Source of the DNA: a virus
Reading direction: 5' to 3' (one strand)
Length of the DNA: 64,000 nucleotides
IMG/VR virus record: IMGVR_UViG_3300027973_000030
Coordinates: 67,295 to 131,294 of that record
Shown: positions 20,321-31,600 of the stretch, piece by piece
Position numbering within the stretch: the stretch's first letter is position 1
Layout of the letters: every line of letters begins with the position of its first letter
The notes under the pieces: generated by a model
Databases searched by the model: none
Told to the model about the DNA's origin: nothing
Seen by the model: only the letters and a program-made list of their open reading frames with translations
Position numbers and translations under genes: made by a program

Positions 20321-22372
20321 CTCATTGTAAGGGTTAGGGTAGCCAAATGGGTATGCACTTTGAGCTGTTGGAGCCATATACTGAGCATTAATAGCTGCAG
20401 CATTATTTGCATTCCTACGAGATCCAAAAGCATTAGGAAATTTTCTTTCCATTAACATATTAATTGTACCAGAATCTAATGATTTATCTGTTTTCAAACG
20501 AGCAGCATAGTTTTCCATTTCTTGTAATGTAGCAGTATCAGTTAGACCTGCCTGACCAGTAACCATATTCATCCAACCATTTTTATCTTTCCACTTAATA
20601 TACTTTCCTTGATTACTATCTTCTAAAGAGTAATAAGGATTAGTTTGATTAAGTACAGTTTGTTTACCAGCATTTTCATACTCGTTCATATCATACATAT
20701 CTCTATTTCTAAGATCCATTCTCATAGCATTACGATAAGCTTTGTCTTCTTGCTGACCGTTGTATACTAACTTATCTGCAGCATCAGCTCTATATGCCAT
20801 TACCTTATTCATAATATCTGTTTGTAAAGGACTAAACTGATTAGCTACTCCTACACTCATATTCTGATATTTACCTTGAGTATTACCAACTTGTTCAGCT
20901 CCTTGAGCATTTAAAGCATTGACTCTAGCAGAAAACTGTTGAGGATCCATTTGCTGCATGTAAGCAGCCATCATACTACGTTGTGATGCACCTTCAGCCA
21001 ACTCTCTGTTAGGATCATAGAACGTAGGTTCTGGTATCATAGCATTAAGAGGAGCGGCATACGGTGTATAACGTTTAGAAGGAACCATAAACTGTTTACC
21101 AAAGAACGGTCTTCTTCCACCTGGTGTTTCATCACCCCCACCTCCACCAGTTCCACCACCAGTAGGTATTTCATCATAAGTTATTTCAGCAGGAGGAGTT
21201 TCCCATGATCTAATACACTTAGTAGGATCATTAGGATCTGGAGTATAATAATTCTTTTCTCCGTTAGGTCCATCTGGACAAGTTTTAGTCTCAGGTGTTC
21301 CAGGTACTACATTTCCAGGAGCAGCCGGTGTATACTTTGGCATTTTACCATGAAGCATATCCCACAATCCTTTTTCTTTTTCTGGATCTGTAGCATCTTT
21401 AAAACCTTGCTTATTTAAGAAAGTATTGTAACAACCAGGTCTAGCTTTCATATCTGCTAGTGTATACTTAAGATTACCACAAGGTCCTCCACCTGTAGGA
21501 CCACCTCTAGGAATATTATATCCTGGAGTTAATGATCCAGGTTTACCACCTGTAGTACTACCTGCTTTACCAGGAGTTATAATAATATCTTTACTATCTT
21601 TACCTGACGTACCAGGTTTTCTCCAAATATTTGTATCACCTACTTTTTTATAACCTTCTTTTTCATATTTAGCAATCTCTTCCTTCTTAACTTTTTTAGG
21701 ACTAGTAGTACCGCCACCTTGCATATAGTCTCCACCATCTTGATAGAAACCACCCATCTTAGCTAGTTGTTCTCCCATACCTTCAGGTAATATAGACTTA
21801 GCTACATCAGGAATACCTTGAGGAAATCCTTTCATACCTTCTTGAACTAAAGCTAAACCACCTAACTTCTTTTCAAAGTTTTGAATCATCAAAGCTGCAG
21901 TGTTTTTAGACATCTTATCAGCATATGGATCGTCAAGGATTGCTTTATACTTGTTAACATCATATTGTTTAGCTAGTTCAGCAGGTGTGTATTTTTGTTT
22001 AGTCTCTGGAGACTTACCAAATTTACCTAGAACAGCACCACCAATACGTAACTTCTTAGTATCTGAATATATAAATGTACCTTCAGGAACTTTTAATGGT
22101 GTACCACCTTGTGTATGTTTTTTACCACCGATGTTCATATGTTCATTATGACCATCGTTATTAAAGTCTCCATAAGCAGTCTCACCTTTCTCTGCTTCAA
22201 TGTTAGCTTCATCTCTATCAACTGGTTGTAGAGTTGTGGATACTGAATCATATGGATTATTATTCATATCAGAGTAAACATTTCTCTGACCTAAATCTAA
22301 ACCATAATTACTTTGACCTCCATAAGCCATAGACTCTGGAGCACTTTTAATTCTTACTTTATATGTTTTCAT
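20318..22372 (-). CDS. Putative cargo protein with EAEKGE...HTQGG domain and Gly/Pro-rich linker
   Basis: 684 aa. ANIEAEKGETAY...GGKKHTQGGTP resembles a motif I recall from crAss-like virion proteins. Contains MAYGG, YQDGG and MQGGG motifs. Confidence 0.6.
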   Translation of the reverse strand: MKTYKVRIKSAPESMAYGGQSNYGLDLGQRNVYSDMNNNPYDSVSTTLQPVDRDEANIEAEKGETAYGDFNNDGHNEHMNIGGKKHTQGGTPLKVPEGTFIYSDTKKLRIGGAVLGKFGKSPETKQKYTPAELAKQYDVNKYKAILDDPYADKMSKNTAALMIQNFEKKLGGLALVQEGMKGFPQGIPDVAKSILPEGMGEQLAKMGGFYQDGGDYMQGGGTTSPKKVKKEEIAKYEKEGYKKVGDTNIWRKPGTSGKDSKDIIITPGKAGSTTGGKPGSLTPGYNIPRGGPTGGGPCGNLKYTLADMKARPGCYNTFLNKQGFKDATDPEKEKGLWDMLHGKMPKYTPAAPGNVVPGTPETKTCPDGPNGEKNYYTPDPNDPTKCIRSWETPPAEITYDEIPTGGGTGGGGGDETPGGRRPFFGKQFMVPSKRYTPYAAPLNAMIPEPTFYDPNRELAEGASQRSMMAAYMQQMDPQQFSARVNALNAQGAEQVGNTQGKYQNMSVGVANQFSPLQTDIMNKVMAYRADAADKLVYNGQQEDKAYRNAMRMDLRNRDMYDMNEYENAGKQTVLNQTNPYYSLEDSNQGKYIKWKDKNGWMNMVTGQAGLTDTATLQEMENYAARLKTDKSLDSGTINMLMERKFPNAFGSRRNANNAAAINAQYMAPTAQSAYPFGYPNPYNE

Positions 22373-22393
22373 ATTCTTATAGATATTACAAAT

Positions 22394-24232
22394 TTATAGA
22401 AATTCTACCTCACCACCTGAAGCTAGTATATGTTTTATTTCATCTTCAGTTAATTCATATACTCCGTCAGGTTCATATGATTTAGAATTAATAGACCCAC
22501 CTTCAGCAAAAAGATTCATATCTTTTATTTTAGTATAAGCTTTTTTACCTTCCCACCTAGCAAATTCTTTAAAAAGCTTATCTTTTTCTGCAGGAGATAG
22601 ATCACTTAACCTCTTATCTCCTCCCATATTTTTTACTATATCAGATGTAGAAGCATTAGGTGTATTACGATTACCACTCACCCATTGATTTCTAGCTTCA
22701 GATATAGTTAGACCTGAATAGTTAGGACCAAATAATAAATCTTTACCAGCTTGAATTCCTGTATTAAGATCTGGGAACCTACCTACATTTCCACCACTAT
22801 CTTTAGCACCTTTAGTAGCTCCATATTTAGAAGTAAAATCTCCGTAATGAATGTTTAATGGATTGTTATGTGATAAAGCAACTTCATCACTATTGTCTGA
22901 ACCTCTATTAAAGCTTACATGAACATGATCAGTATGAGGATTATCTCCATTATATGGTCTCCAAGAATCAGATACAGATGGATTCCATATCTGCTTATTC
23001 CAGATAATATATTTAACGTTCTTATCTTGAGCTTCTTTAATAAGCTTTTGAGCTATCTGAGTTCCTTGATCAACACCTAAGATACCAATATCTAAAGCAT
23101 CACCAGTGTTATGATCACTTACCTTTTTTTGGTGAGCTTTATCTCCCCATATACCATAGTTCTTAACTCCTTGAAACTGAGAAGAAATCTCTTGCCAAGT
23201 TTGTTCAGCTATAGGATTAGCTCCACTACTTGCTGCTACTGGAGCAGAAGATTCATAAGCTTCACCTGTACTAACTGGATTAGTCAATGCTGCAGACAAC
23301 TGAGTTTCTTCTATAGGCATAGTTAATGCATCAGGAATAACACCCCCACCATACTGAGCCATACGTGGTAAGAACTGACCTGTATACATTCCTTTATTTA
23401 CAACATACTCATCAGGTCTAAACTCACCAAATCTACTACCACTAACTACATAGTCTCCACGATTACCTGACATTTCACTAGTAACTTCAGGAAATAATGA
23501 GTCTGTAGATGTTTGACGTCTCATATACTTATCAAAATCTTTCTTCTTTTTATATCCGTTAACTAACTGTGTACCAAGGTTTCCCCATGATACAAGTTGG
23601 TCCATACCTTCAAAAGCTTTTTCTACAGGTTGTCCTATATTTTTATTATACCAACCAGCTGCTTGTGCAAGTTTACCAGGACCTTTAGCTTGTGCAGCTG
23701 CTGCAGTTTGTGGTGGTTGATAATTTTCTCCAGCAGGATCTGTATCAAAACCTTCATCATCCCACTCACTATGCCATTTTCTAGCAGGTTGTGGTGTAGT
23801 TATAGGTGCAGCTGGTTGAGCTGTACCCATTGGTTGAACTGCTGCAGGTAAAATATTATTAGATTGGCTAAATGGATTAATACTAGCAGCTTGCCCAGAA
23901 GCTGATAAAGGTTTAAAACTTAAACTAGGAGCTTTAGGAGCTAATGATCTAAGAAGATTTACTCTATTATAATTAGGTGTTGTAAAGTTAGGCATTACAG
24001 ACTTAGGTGTAGTCATACTAGTATTAAATGTATTAGTATTAAACTGTCCTTTAGAATCTAAAGCTTGTTTAAGTAAAGCAATACCACCAGGACTATTAGG
24101 ATCTATTTGCATACCATTGTATTGTACTGCACCATTAGACATACTTGTAGGCATACCAAACTGACTAGCTGGTAAACCATTAGTTCCAAATTGAGCTTTT
24201 GGCATGCTCCTACCTGTAATACGTATTTTCAT
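22394..24232 (-). CDS. Modular virion protein with M15/LAS-like Zn peptidase and lysozyme-like (NNPxNI) muramidase domains
   Basis: 612 aa. SDHNTGDALDIG...YIIWNKQIW...HTDHVHVSF (H-x6-D and HxH) at ~22905-23210; HNNPLNIHYG...GRFPDLNTGIQAG at ~22520-22870. Confidence 0.75.
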   Translation of the reverse strand: MKIRITGRSMPKAQFGTNGLPASQFGMPTSMSNGAVQYNGMQIDPNSPGGIALLKQALDSKGQFNTNTFNTSMTTPKSVMPNFTTPNYNRVNLLRSLAPKAPSLSFKPLSASGQAASINPFSQSNNILPAAVQPMGTAQPAAPITTPQPARKWHSEWDDEGFDTDPAGENYQPPQTAAAAQAKGPGKLAQAAGWYNKNIGQPVEKAFEGMDQLVSWGNLGTQLVNGYKKKKDFDKYMRRQTSTDSLFPEVTSEMSGNRGDYVVSGSRFGEFRPDEYVVNKGMYTGQFLPRMAQYGGGVIPDALTMPIEETQLSAALTNPVSTGEAYESSAPVAASSGANPIAEQTWQEISSQFQGVKNYGIWGDKAHQKKVSDHNTGDALDIGILGVDQGTQIAQKLIKEAQDKNVKYIIWNKQIWNPSVSDSWRPYNGDNPHTDHVHVSFNRGSDNSDEVALSHNNPLNIHYGDFTSKYGATKGAKDSGGNVGRFPDLNTGIQAGKDLLFGPNYSGLTISEARNQWVSGNRNTPNASTSDIVKNMGGDKRLSDLSPAEKDKLFKEFARWEGKKAYTKIKDMNLFAEGGSINSKSYEPDGVYELTEDEIKHILASGGEVEFL

Positions 24233-25662
24233 TAGTCAATAATTTCAAAATTATAACCACCTTGTTTTAACATTTGTAATTCTTCTGGCGTAACATCAAG
24301 TACATCACCTTCTACTGGACCACCCATTTGCTTAGCAAAGTTCTTAGCAAAGTTAGCTTTTTTCCTCATAGCAGGACTATACTTTCCTTTAGGAGCGTTA
24401 AGTATAGTAGATGCAGCTTGTTGTACTCCCATGCCCATACGAGTTGCTTGAGCTTTAAATGTACCTTTCTTAGCAGGATCTAGATGTATACCACCATATG
24501 CCATTTCTCCATATTGAGGAATATATGTATCACTATCTGTTATCATAGAACCACCCACTTGATACCACGCATTACCACTAAATGTAGAACCACCATTCTT
24601 TCTTGTAGGAGCAACTGCTAATGACTTTTGCATAGCTTTACTAAACTGCATGTCATCCGCTACCTTTGTCATACGACTAAGATCTGTTTTGCTACTTCCA
24701 GGATGTGGATTAGTCATAATACAAGAAAATGTACCATCTCCATTACTATATTTAGTATAACCTGGAGGACAATCAAAACCACCTGGTCTAGGTATAGAAC
24801 CTGCTGTGTTTGATACAGGGTAACCTGTTACATAATCTTTGTGATAAGCTGAAGGATACTTTTCAGCATCTGCAGCATTTTGTTCAAGTATAGAATTATA
24901 ATCAGGTTGACCACCTTGTTGATAGTTAGCACCTGGCATTTCATTTTCTGGTTCTTGTTGTTCACCATACTGCATATAATCAGCTACAGTATTAAGATAG
25001 TCATCAGCTAATGTAATCTTAGAAGCAACCCAAGGATCAACTTCTGTATCAGCACTATTAATAAACTTTTGTAAACGAGATAACTTATCATGCATAGCAG
25101 CTATTTGACCCATAGCCATACCTGCATTACTTTCACCACCGTCTGCCATCTCACTCATTGGATTATAATGTCCACCATATCCCATATTACTTAAGATCTT
25201 AGCTTGTACATAATCAGGTAGTGCATCAAAACCTGCATTGTTAGTACCACCGTTACCATACACTCCACCATATGCAGCTTCTTGTGCACGAATCTTTGAT
25301 TCTTGTTCTAGCATTTCTTTAGTGGGTTTTTTACCAGAACCTTTATTAGCTCTAATATTATCCCATAAACCACGTTTAGAATAAGAACCATCAGCTCTAC
25401 GTATCATTCCACCATCAACAAACATACCTGTAGTATATCCACCATATGCCATAGCAGCTTGTTCCATATCAGGTTGCTCTTGTTGTTGAGCACTACCTTG
25501 TTGTAAAGTCTGCATCATCTGTTGAATAGCTTGCTGTTGTTGTTCAGCGGGCATCTGTTGTAGCTTCTGCATTAACTGTTTAGGATCAATCTTATTCATC
25601 TGAGCATACTGTTGAATAATCTGCATGATCTGAGCTTGTTGCCCACCTTGTTGAAAGTACAT
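24232..25662 (-). CDS. Modular low-complexity virion protein built from short modules separated by xxGG motifs
   Basis: 476 aa. Q/M-rich N-terminus; modules RRADGSYSKRGLWDNIRA, DPWVASKITLADDYL and IHLDPAKKGTF...RKKANFAKNF; about 13 xxxGG motifs. Confidence 0.7.
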   Translation of the reverse strand: MYFQQGGQQAQIMQIIQQYAQMNKIDPKQLMQKLQQMPAEQQQQAIQQMMQTLQQGSAQQQEQPDMEQAAMAYGGYTTGMFVDGGMIRRADGSYSKRGLWDNIRANKGSGKKPTKEMLEQESKIRAQEAAYGGVYGNGGTNNAGFDALPDYVQAKILSNMGYGGHYNPMSEMADGGESNAGMAMGQIAAMHDKLSRLQKFINSADTEVDPWVASKITLADDYLNTVADYMQYGEQQEPENEMPGANYQQGGQPDYNSILEQNAADAEKYPSAYHKDYVTGYPVSNTAGSIPRPGGFDCPPGYTKYSNGDGTFSCIMTNPHPGSSKTDLSRMTKVADDMQFSKAMQKSLAVAPTRKNGGSTFSGNAWYQVGGSMITDSDTYIPQYGEMAYGGIHLDPAKKGTFKAQATRMGMGVQQAASTILNAPKGKYSPAMRKKANFAKNFAKQMGGPVEGDVLDVTPEELQMLKQGGYNFEIID

Positions 25663-25666
25663 AATG

Positions 25667-28600
25667 TTATTTTTTATAAGTTACTTTTATACTGTGTTTC
25701 TTTTCTAAATATTGTTTACCTAAAGCTACACCACCCATTTGTTTTTTAGGAGTAAAGTTTGGATTCTTAGAATTAAATGGTTGGTAATCATTAGTATTCC
25801 AAATACGACCATACCAAGTATCATTATAATCACTATTAGGTACACCAGGAGCTGGGTTATTTATATTTCTATAATACCAATCTCTTCCTTTATTCATTAG
25901 AACTCTTCTTTGGTTTTCTGGAAGTTTACCTATTGTACCATCATACTCTTGATCAAATGAATATGGTGCATTTTTTCTACCTGCCCACTTACCATGTGCA
26001 TCTAATTTAGATCCATCATTCTCTCTATAGTATTCTTGTAAAGCAAACGCTCTAGGATCTTTAGTTATTTTATTATTAGCTTTATCCCACCCTGCATTAA
26101 ATATAAAGTCCATAGCTTCACCAGCTTCCATAGCACTTGCGTTTGGTAATATTTTTTGTACTTCAGGATATATTTTATCCATAAGTATTGTTTTATACTT
26201 AGGGTCTCTATAATCAGGATTACCATTTGTACCATCTAAAGGTGCACTACCTGAACCTCCTCTTAATACTTCATATTGTAATATTTTATTAGCTTGATGT
26301 CTAACACTATCTGTTTTACTAACTTGTCCTGCCATTTGATATGGTGGTATAGTACCGCCATCTTCCCAAGTCTTTCTAGCAAATGCTCTAAAGAATGGAT
26401 TACCAGCTAAGTTACTTTTATGTCTAGCATAGAAAGCAGCTTTTCTTTTAGGATCATTAGGATGCTGTCCTAATTTAGAATCACCAAAGTATTTAACAGT
26501 TCCATCAGGTCCTGTCACTTTATGTGTCTTACCTTTTCTATCATGACTTCTAGTTACTACATATCCTCCACCTTTCATTTTATTTTTACTAGCAGTAAGT
26601 TTATCATATTCTTTATCAGCTAATATTTGAAACTCTTCTCTCAATTTAGGTTCAATAATAGAATGAGCTTCATACTCTTGAGTACCTGGAGCATAATAGT
26701 TTTTATCATACGCACTTTTCCATGAGTCTGCATTAAATATATCACTTAAACTCATATTCTTTAATGTGTTTAAGTAATCATTACCTATGTGTGATTTAAT
26801 AAATCCTAGGTTACCTTTTTTATTTAATTGTACTTTATGAGCTAGTTCACTAATAAGTGAATCACCACGATAATCACTTTCAGGATTATGTATTTGTAAA
26901 GTGTCACTGAAAGGAGTAACTCTAAGCATAGGTCTATCTTGCTTATCAAGCATCTTTATATCATGACCTTTATATTTAGTATACATCTGTTCTCCTGCAA
27001 GATAAGAAGACATAGGACTATTTACAGGTGACTCACGATCTTGCCAATCTTCAGCTTCTTTCCTCCATCTATCAAAATAAGCTTTAGCTGTAGGGTTTCT
27101 ATGTCCATAAACAGTTACTTCTGGAAGAGTATATCCACCAGTTTGCATCATAGGATATTCATCCACATGCTCAGCTTCACCAAAAGAATAATCTTTACCT
27201 GGATACATCATTTGCTTTTTACCATTAGAACCTATACCTAATACAGGATAGTTAACACCTTGCATAGTAATGTCTGATCCTGGTATACGTGTAACCTCAC
27301 CTGGGTGAGCCCACTGACCCATTGGATCTACCACTGGACCACCTTGTGCATAATATCCTTTTTTCTTAAGTGCCTTTATAATACGATCATAGTCAATCTG
27401 ATTAACATCCGGCTTACCTAATACTTCTTTATCTTTAGGGTTAGCTTTCATATAGTTAGTACGGATCTGCTTATGAGTAATAATACTATTTAAAGGTATC
27501 TTATTCTTCTTAATAATAGGACCAGCGTATTCTACAAATGAGTTAATCTGTTTGTCTGTAAGACGAGTCTTATCAGTATCACCTTGGAATTCTATACCTA
27601 CACCAAAGTCATTTACATTATCTCTACCATTCATCATTGACTTACCAGCATGGAAAGTAACTTGATCTGGACGAGCGTAATTATAACGTGTACCATCAAA
27701 GTCAATCACTACGTGTGAAGACTCACCAGGATTACTAAATTGTTTAGCAACACCTTGCATAGCTTTAGACATTCCTTTACTTACACCTGTAGTATCTGAG
27801 TATCCTGTATGGTGAAGAATAATAGCTTTCTGTTCATTAGTTAATGAGTGCCCCTTTTTAAAAGACTCATCATTCTTAGTCCTAATGTTAGGAGTATTCA
27901 TTGGTACATCTCTAAACTGAGTTTGTGGTGCCGCCTCGTTAGTACCTCTAGTATAATTACCTGGTTTTAAATATAAAAACGCAGAACCACTTGTATTTTC
28001 ACCTTGATAATCTTTAAGTTGTTGAGCTGTAATCTTTTGATTTTTATTTCTAAGACCCATAGCATAACTACCATTATCAAGCGTTATAGCTTCTACATAT
28101 GGATTGTCACCTTTAATTTGTTTAAACGCTCTACGTATATCTTCTGCTGAACCTGATACTAAGAACTGTTCACCTTTAGGAGTTTTAAAAATAACACGTC
28201 CTCCAGTAATCTGACCAAATGATTTAGTGTCTCTATTCCCTTTAGGTATTAATAGATTTAAACTACCTTCAGTCATCTTACCATCATCACCCATTACTTT
28301 TACAACAGGACTAAGATGTTTATTAGAAGCTTTAGCTTTTGAGTCTTTAAGTTTCATAGAGCCGTCAGCTTCATCTATAAAGTCAACAATCTTATTACCA
28401 AATGTTTTAGTAATTCTATAATCAGTATTTACAAAATCTGCCTTATTACCAACTTTGATTTTACCAGCTGCATCTACACCAATATAAGTTGAGTTGTTAG
28501 CATCTTTAGCATTTTTAGCAAAGTAGTCTTTAGCTTTCTCAAATGATTGGAATGTAGTAATATCTGCTGCTTCTGTATCAATATCTTTATATTCATCTCT

Positions 28601-31600
28601 ATTACGTGTATCCCAATTAGTTTGATTAAGATCGATCATAGCTGGAATAACATAACGATTTTTATCTATGTTTATAGTATCTCCTGTAGATATAGCTGGT
28701 CTACCTACAGTAGGAATATTAAACTTAGTTTTAGTTTCTTGTAGATTATCATTATTTTTAAGATCTTGTCTTTTAAAATAATTCTCTACAATTTTTCCAT
28801 TATCAGGTGAAACAAATTTAGCTAAATTAACTAAACCCTTTTTAGCACTTGCTGTTACATCTTTAGTAATAGCTATTGCACCTTCTGGTGAAAGACCTGA
28901 TGGTGCCATAGTCATCTTAGAAAAATCTAAAGGTGACCTGTTAACTGCATCTTCAAAATCATTATACAAGTCTTCATACCAAGTTGTTTTTTTAATATCA
29001 GCTGCACTTTGTTTTTTAGTTTCTACAACTGGTTTATTAGCTGGAATAACAACTGGTATATTTTCTTTAGTATATGGTCCTAATTTATTTGGATTCTGTC
29101 TAAGGAAAGCAAATGGATCAGCAGGATTATAATTACCAAATGTAGTGTTACTATTAAAAGGTACAGGTGTATTTACTGGTGGTGCAACAACTGGAGGATT
29201 TTGTACTCCAGAACTCATAAAAGAATATGGATCAAACTTTGGAATATTAATCTGTGGTGTTGGAGCAGTAGCAGCAACTGGTTGTACAACAGGAGGTGGT
29301 GTATTAACAGCAGCTTTTGCTGGAGTTAATGGCATTGGTATAACCATCTTAGGTTTTAAAGAAAACTTATCATATACCACTTTAGGTTGTAATGACAAAT
29401 TAACTTTAGTCTTAGGTACTTCCTGATCCATAAATGCAGGTCTGTACAAAGGTTGTGTATTACGCACAGGTGCAGCTTGACGCTGTTCCATTTGCATCAT
29501 CTTCTCTACAGCTATAGGAGCCTGAGTTTGTTCATACTCTTTTTCTAATAAGTCGTCATTCTCACGAAGCTTATTAAGAAGTTCTGTATTCTTAGCAGCA
29601 GAATAGTTATAGTCTTCTACACCATACTTTTCAGCAAGACCTTTTCTAAATGCTTTATTACCTGAGTATCCTTTAGTAGCTAAATAGTCTACAATACTTG
29701 GACCTTTATATTCTGTACCGTCTTGAGCAAATACTTGAAACATATTATTCTCACCACCATACTTTTGTTCTTTAGCACCTATTGCAGCTGCTCCAACTCC
29801 TACAGCTCCAGGTACAACATAAGATTTATTTAATGCATCTAATAATCTTTTACGTGCCGGATATGATTTATCCTTTCCATATTTAGTAGCAATTTCATTT
29901 ACATAATCAGCTACATCAGAGTAACGTCTTGCATAACTATTTACATTATCATCTTGAGAAATTTTCTTTAAAAAGTCATGAAGATTTTTTGAACTTATTT
30001 GCTGTCCTCTTTTAATTCCTTCTGACTCTTCAATATGATCTAATAATTCTAAATTTCTAACTTGTTGTTCTGATGGTCTATTAAGATATTGAATATTATC
30101 AGCTTTTTTACCAATACCAGCAATATTTCTTTGAAACCAATTTCCTAGTTTAATTGTTGGATATCCTTTGTAATTAGGTTCAGTATTAGAAACCTGAGAA
30201 AATGCATGTTTTATTTCATGATCTAATGTAGCTAAGCCTTCATCTCTAGGTACATTATCACCTACTACTACTTTTGGATTTATAGATTGTTTTCCAAATA
30301 TTTGTTTACCAATAACATTTGGCGTATATTCTTTTGAATAATAACCTGCTGCACTATTACCAATTGGTGCTGTTATAACATCTGTTCTTTTAAATCTTTC
30401 ACTAATTTTAGCTACATCTGCTTTTACTTGTTCTGCAGTTTCTCCACTAGCAGCCATCCTTCTTTTTAAATACTCATCACTATTTATCCAATCATTTTCT
30501 CTTTTAGCCATTTTATCAATCTCAAATTTAGCTATTTGATTTTTAGGTTCCAGTTCATTTCTCATCACATTACCTTCTGCTATAGATAAGTTTGGTCTAG
30601 TTAAATCTATTGGTAATCCACTAACATTTCCACTTAGATCTGGAACTTTACTAAATTCTGGAGTTGGTTGTTTAACTTGTTTATATCCTTGTAACCAATC
30701 TTTCTGTAATATTCTACCTTGATCTACAGGAATATCTTCACGAGCTATTTGACTCCAATCAGATCTATATCTTTTACCCCAACTACTAGCATCTCTAGGA
30801 ACTTCAGCAATAAAACCATCACCGTAATTATCAGCTACATTAAACTTAGGACTATAATAAGCTTTACTAAATTGTTTAGCTACATTAAAGTTTCCATCCA
30901 TTATAGGTTGAACATCTTGTTTAGCTCTAAAAACACCAGATGCTAAAGCATCTTCCATTCCTTCTTTACCTAACCCTCTATACATTACATTATCAGGTAG
31001 ATTATTCTGATAAGAAAAAGGATTAACTTTGTATGCATTAGATAGTATCCCAGATTCTTTAGATGCATTTACAGCAGCTCTTACTCCCGGTGCTGCTTCT
31101 GCAGCAAAAGGCATCATATCAAGAGCAGTAACTCCTGTTTCTAGAGCTGCATTTCCTACATTACCCCATGAAGGATTTTGGTAAGCTTTTTTTATAGAAC
31201 TAGCAACATTAGGAATGTTTTTAGCACCTTCGTATGCAAAACCAGCATTAATAAAATTAGTTCCAGTAAGTCCAGCTACACCCGCAATAGGTGCATTAAG
31301 ACCTGCTAATACTGACGGTAAAGCTGATGCACCTGCTGCACCTGCAAGAATGATAGGTACTGTTTTAACAAACTGATTAGCTGCTATAGCACCAGCTGCT
31401 GAGTTATTTCCGCTAGGAGTAAATGATCCAAACGTTTGAGCAAGTTCAGAGTTAGCCATAGCTTCTTGTCTCTGTGCTTCTAAACGTCTTTGTCTATCTG
31501 CCTCTCTACTTGCAGGAGTACTTCTATCTTGTGAGATATAAGTTCTATTATTAAATTCTCTTTCTAAAAGTTCTTTTTGTTCTCTTTCCTTTTTGTTTTT

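Noticed and set aside
25480-25650. CAA/CAG-rich stretch as a DNA tandem repeat
   Set aside because: Explained by the Gln-rich protein N-terminus; codons are mixed and there is no fixed repeat unit.
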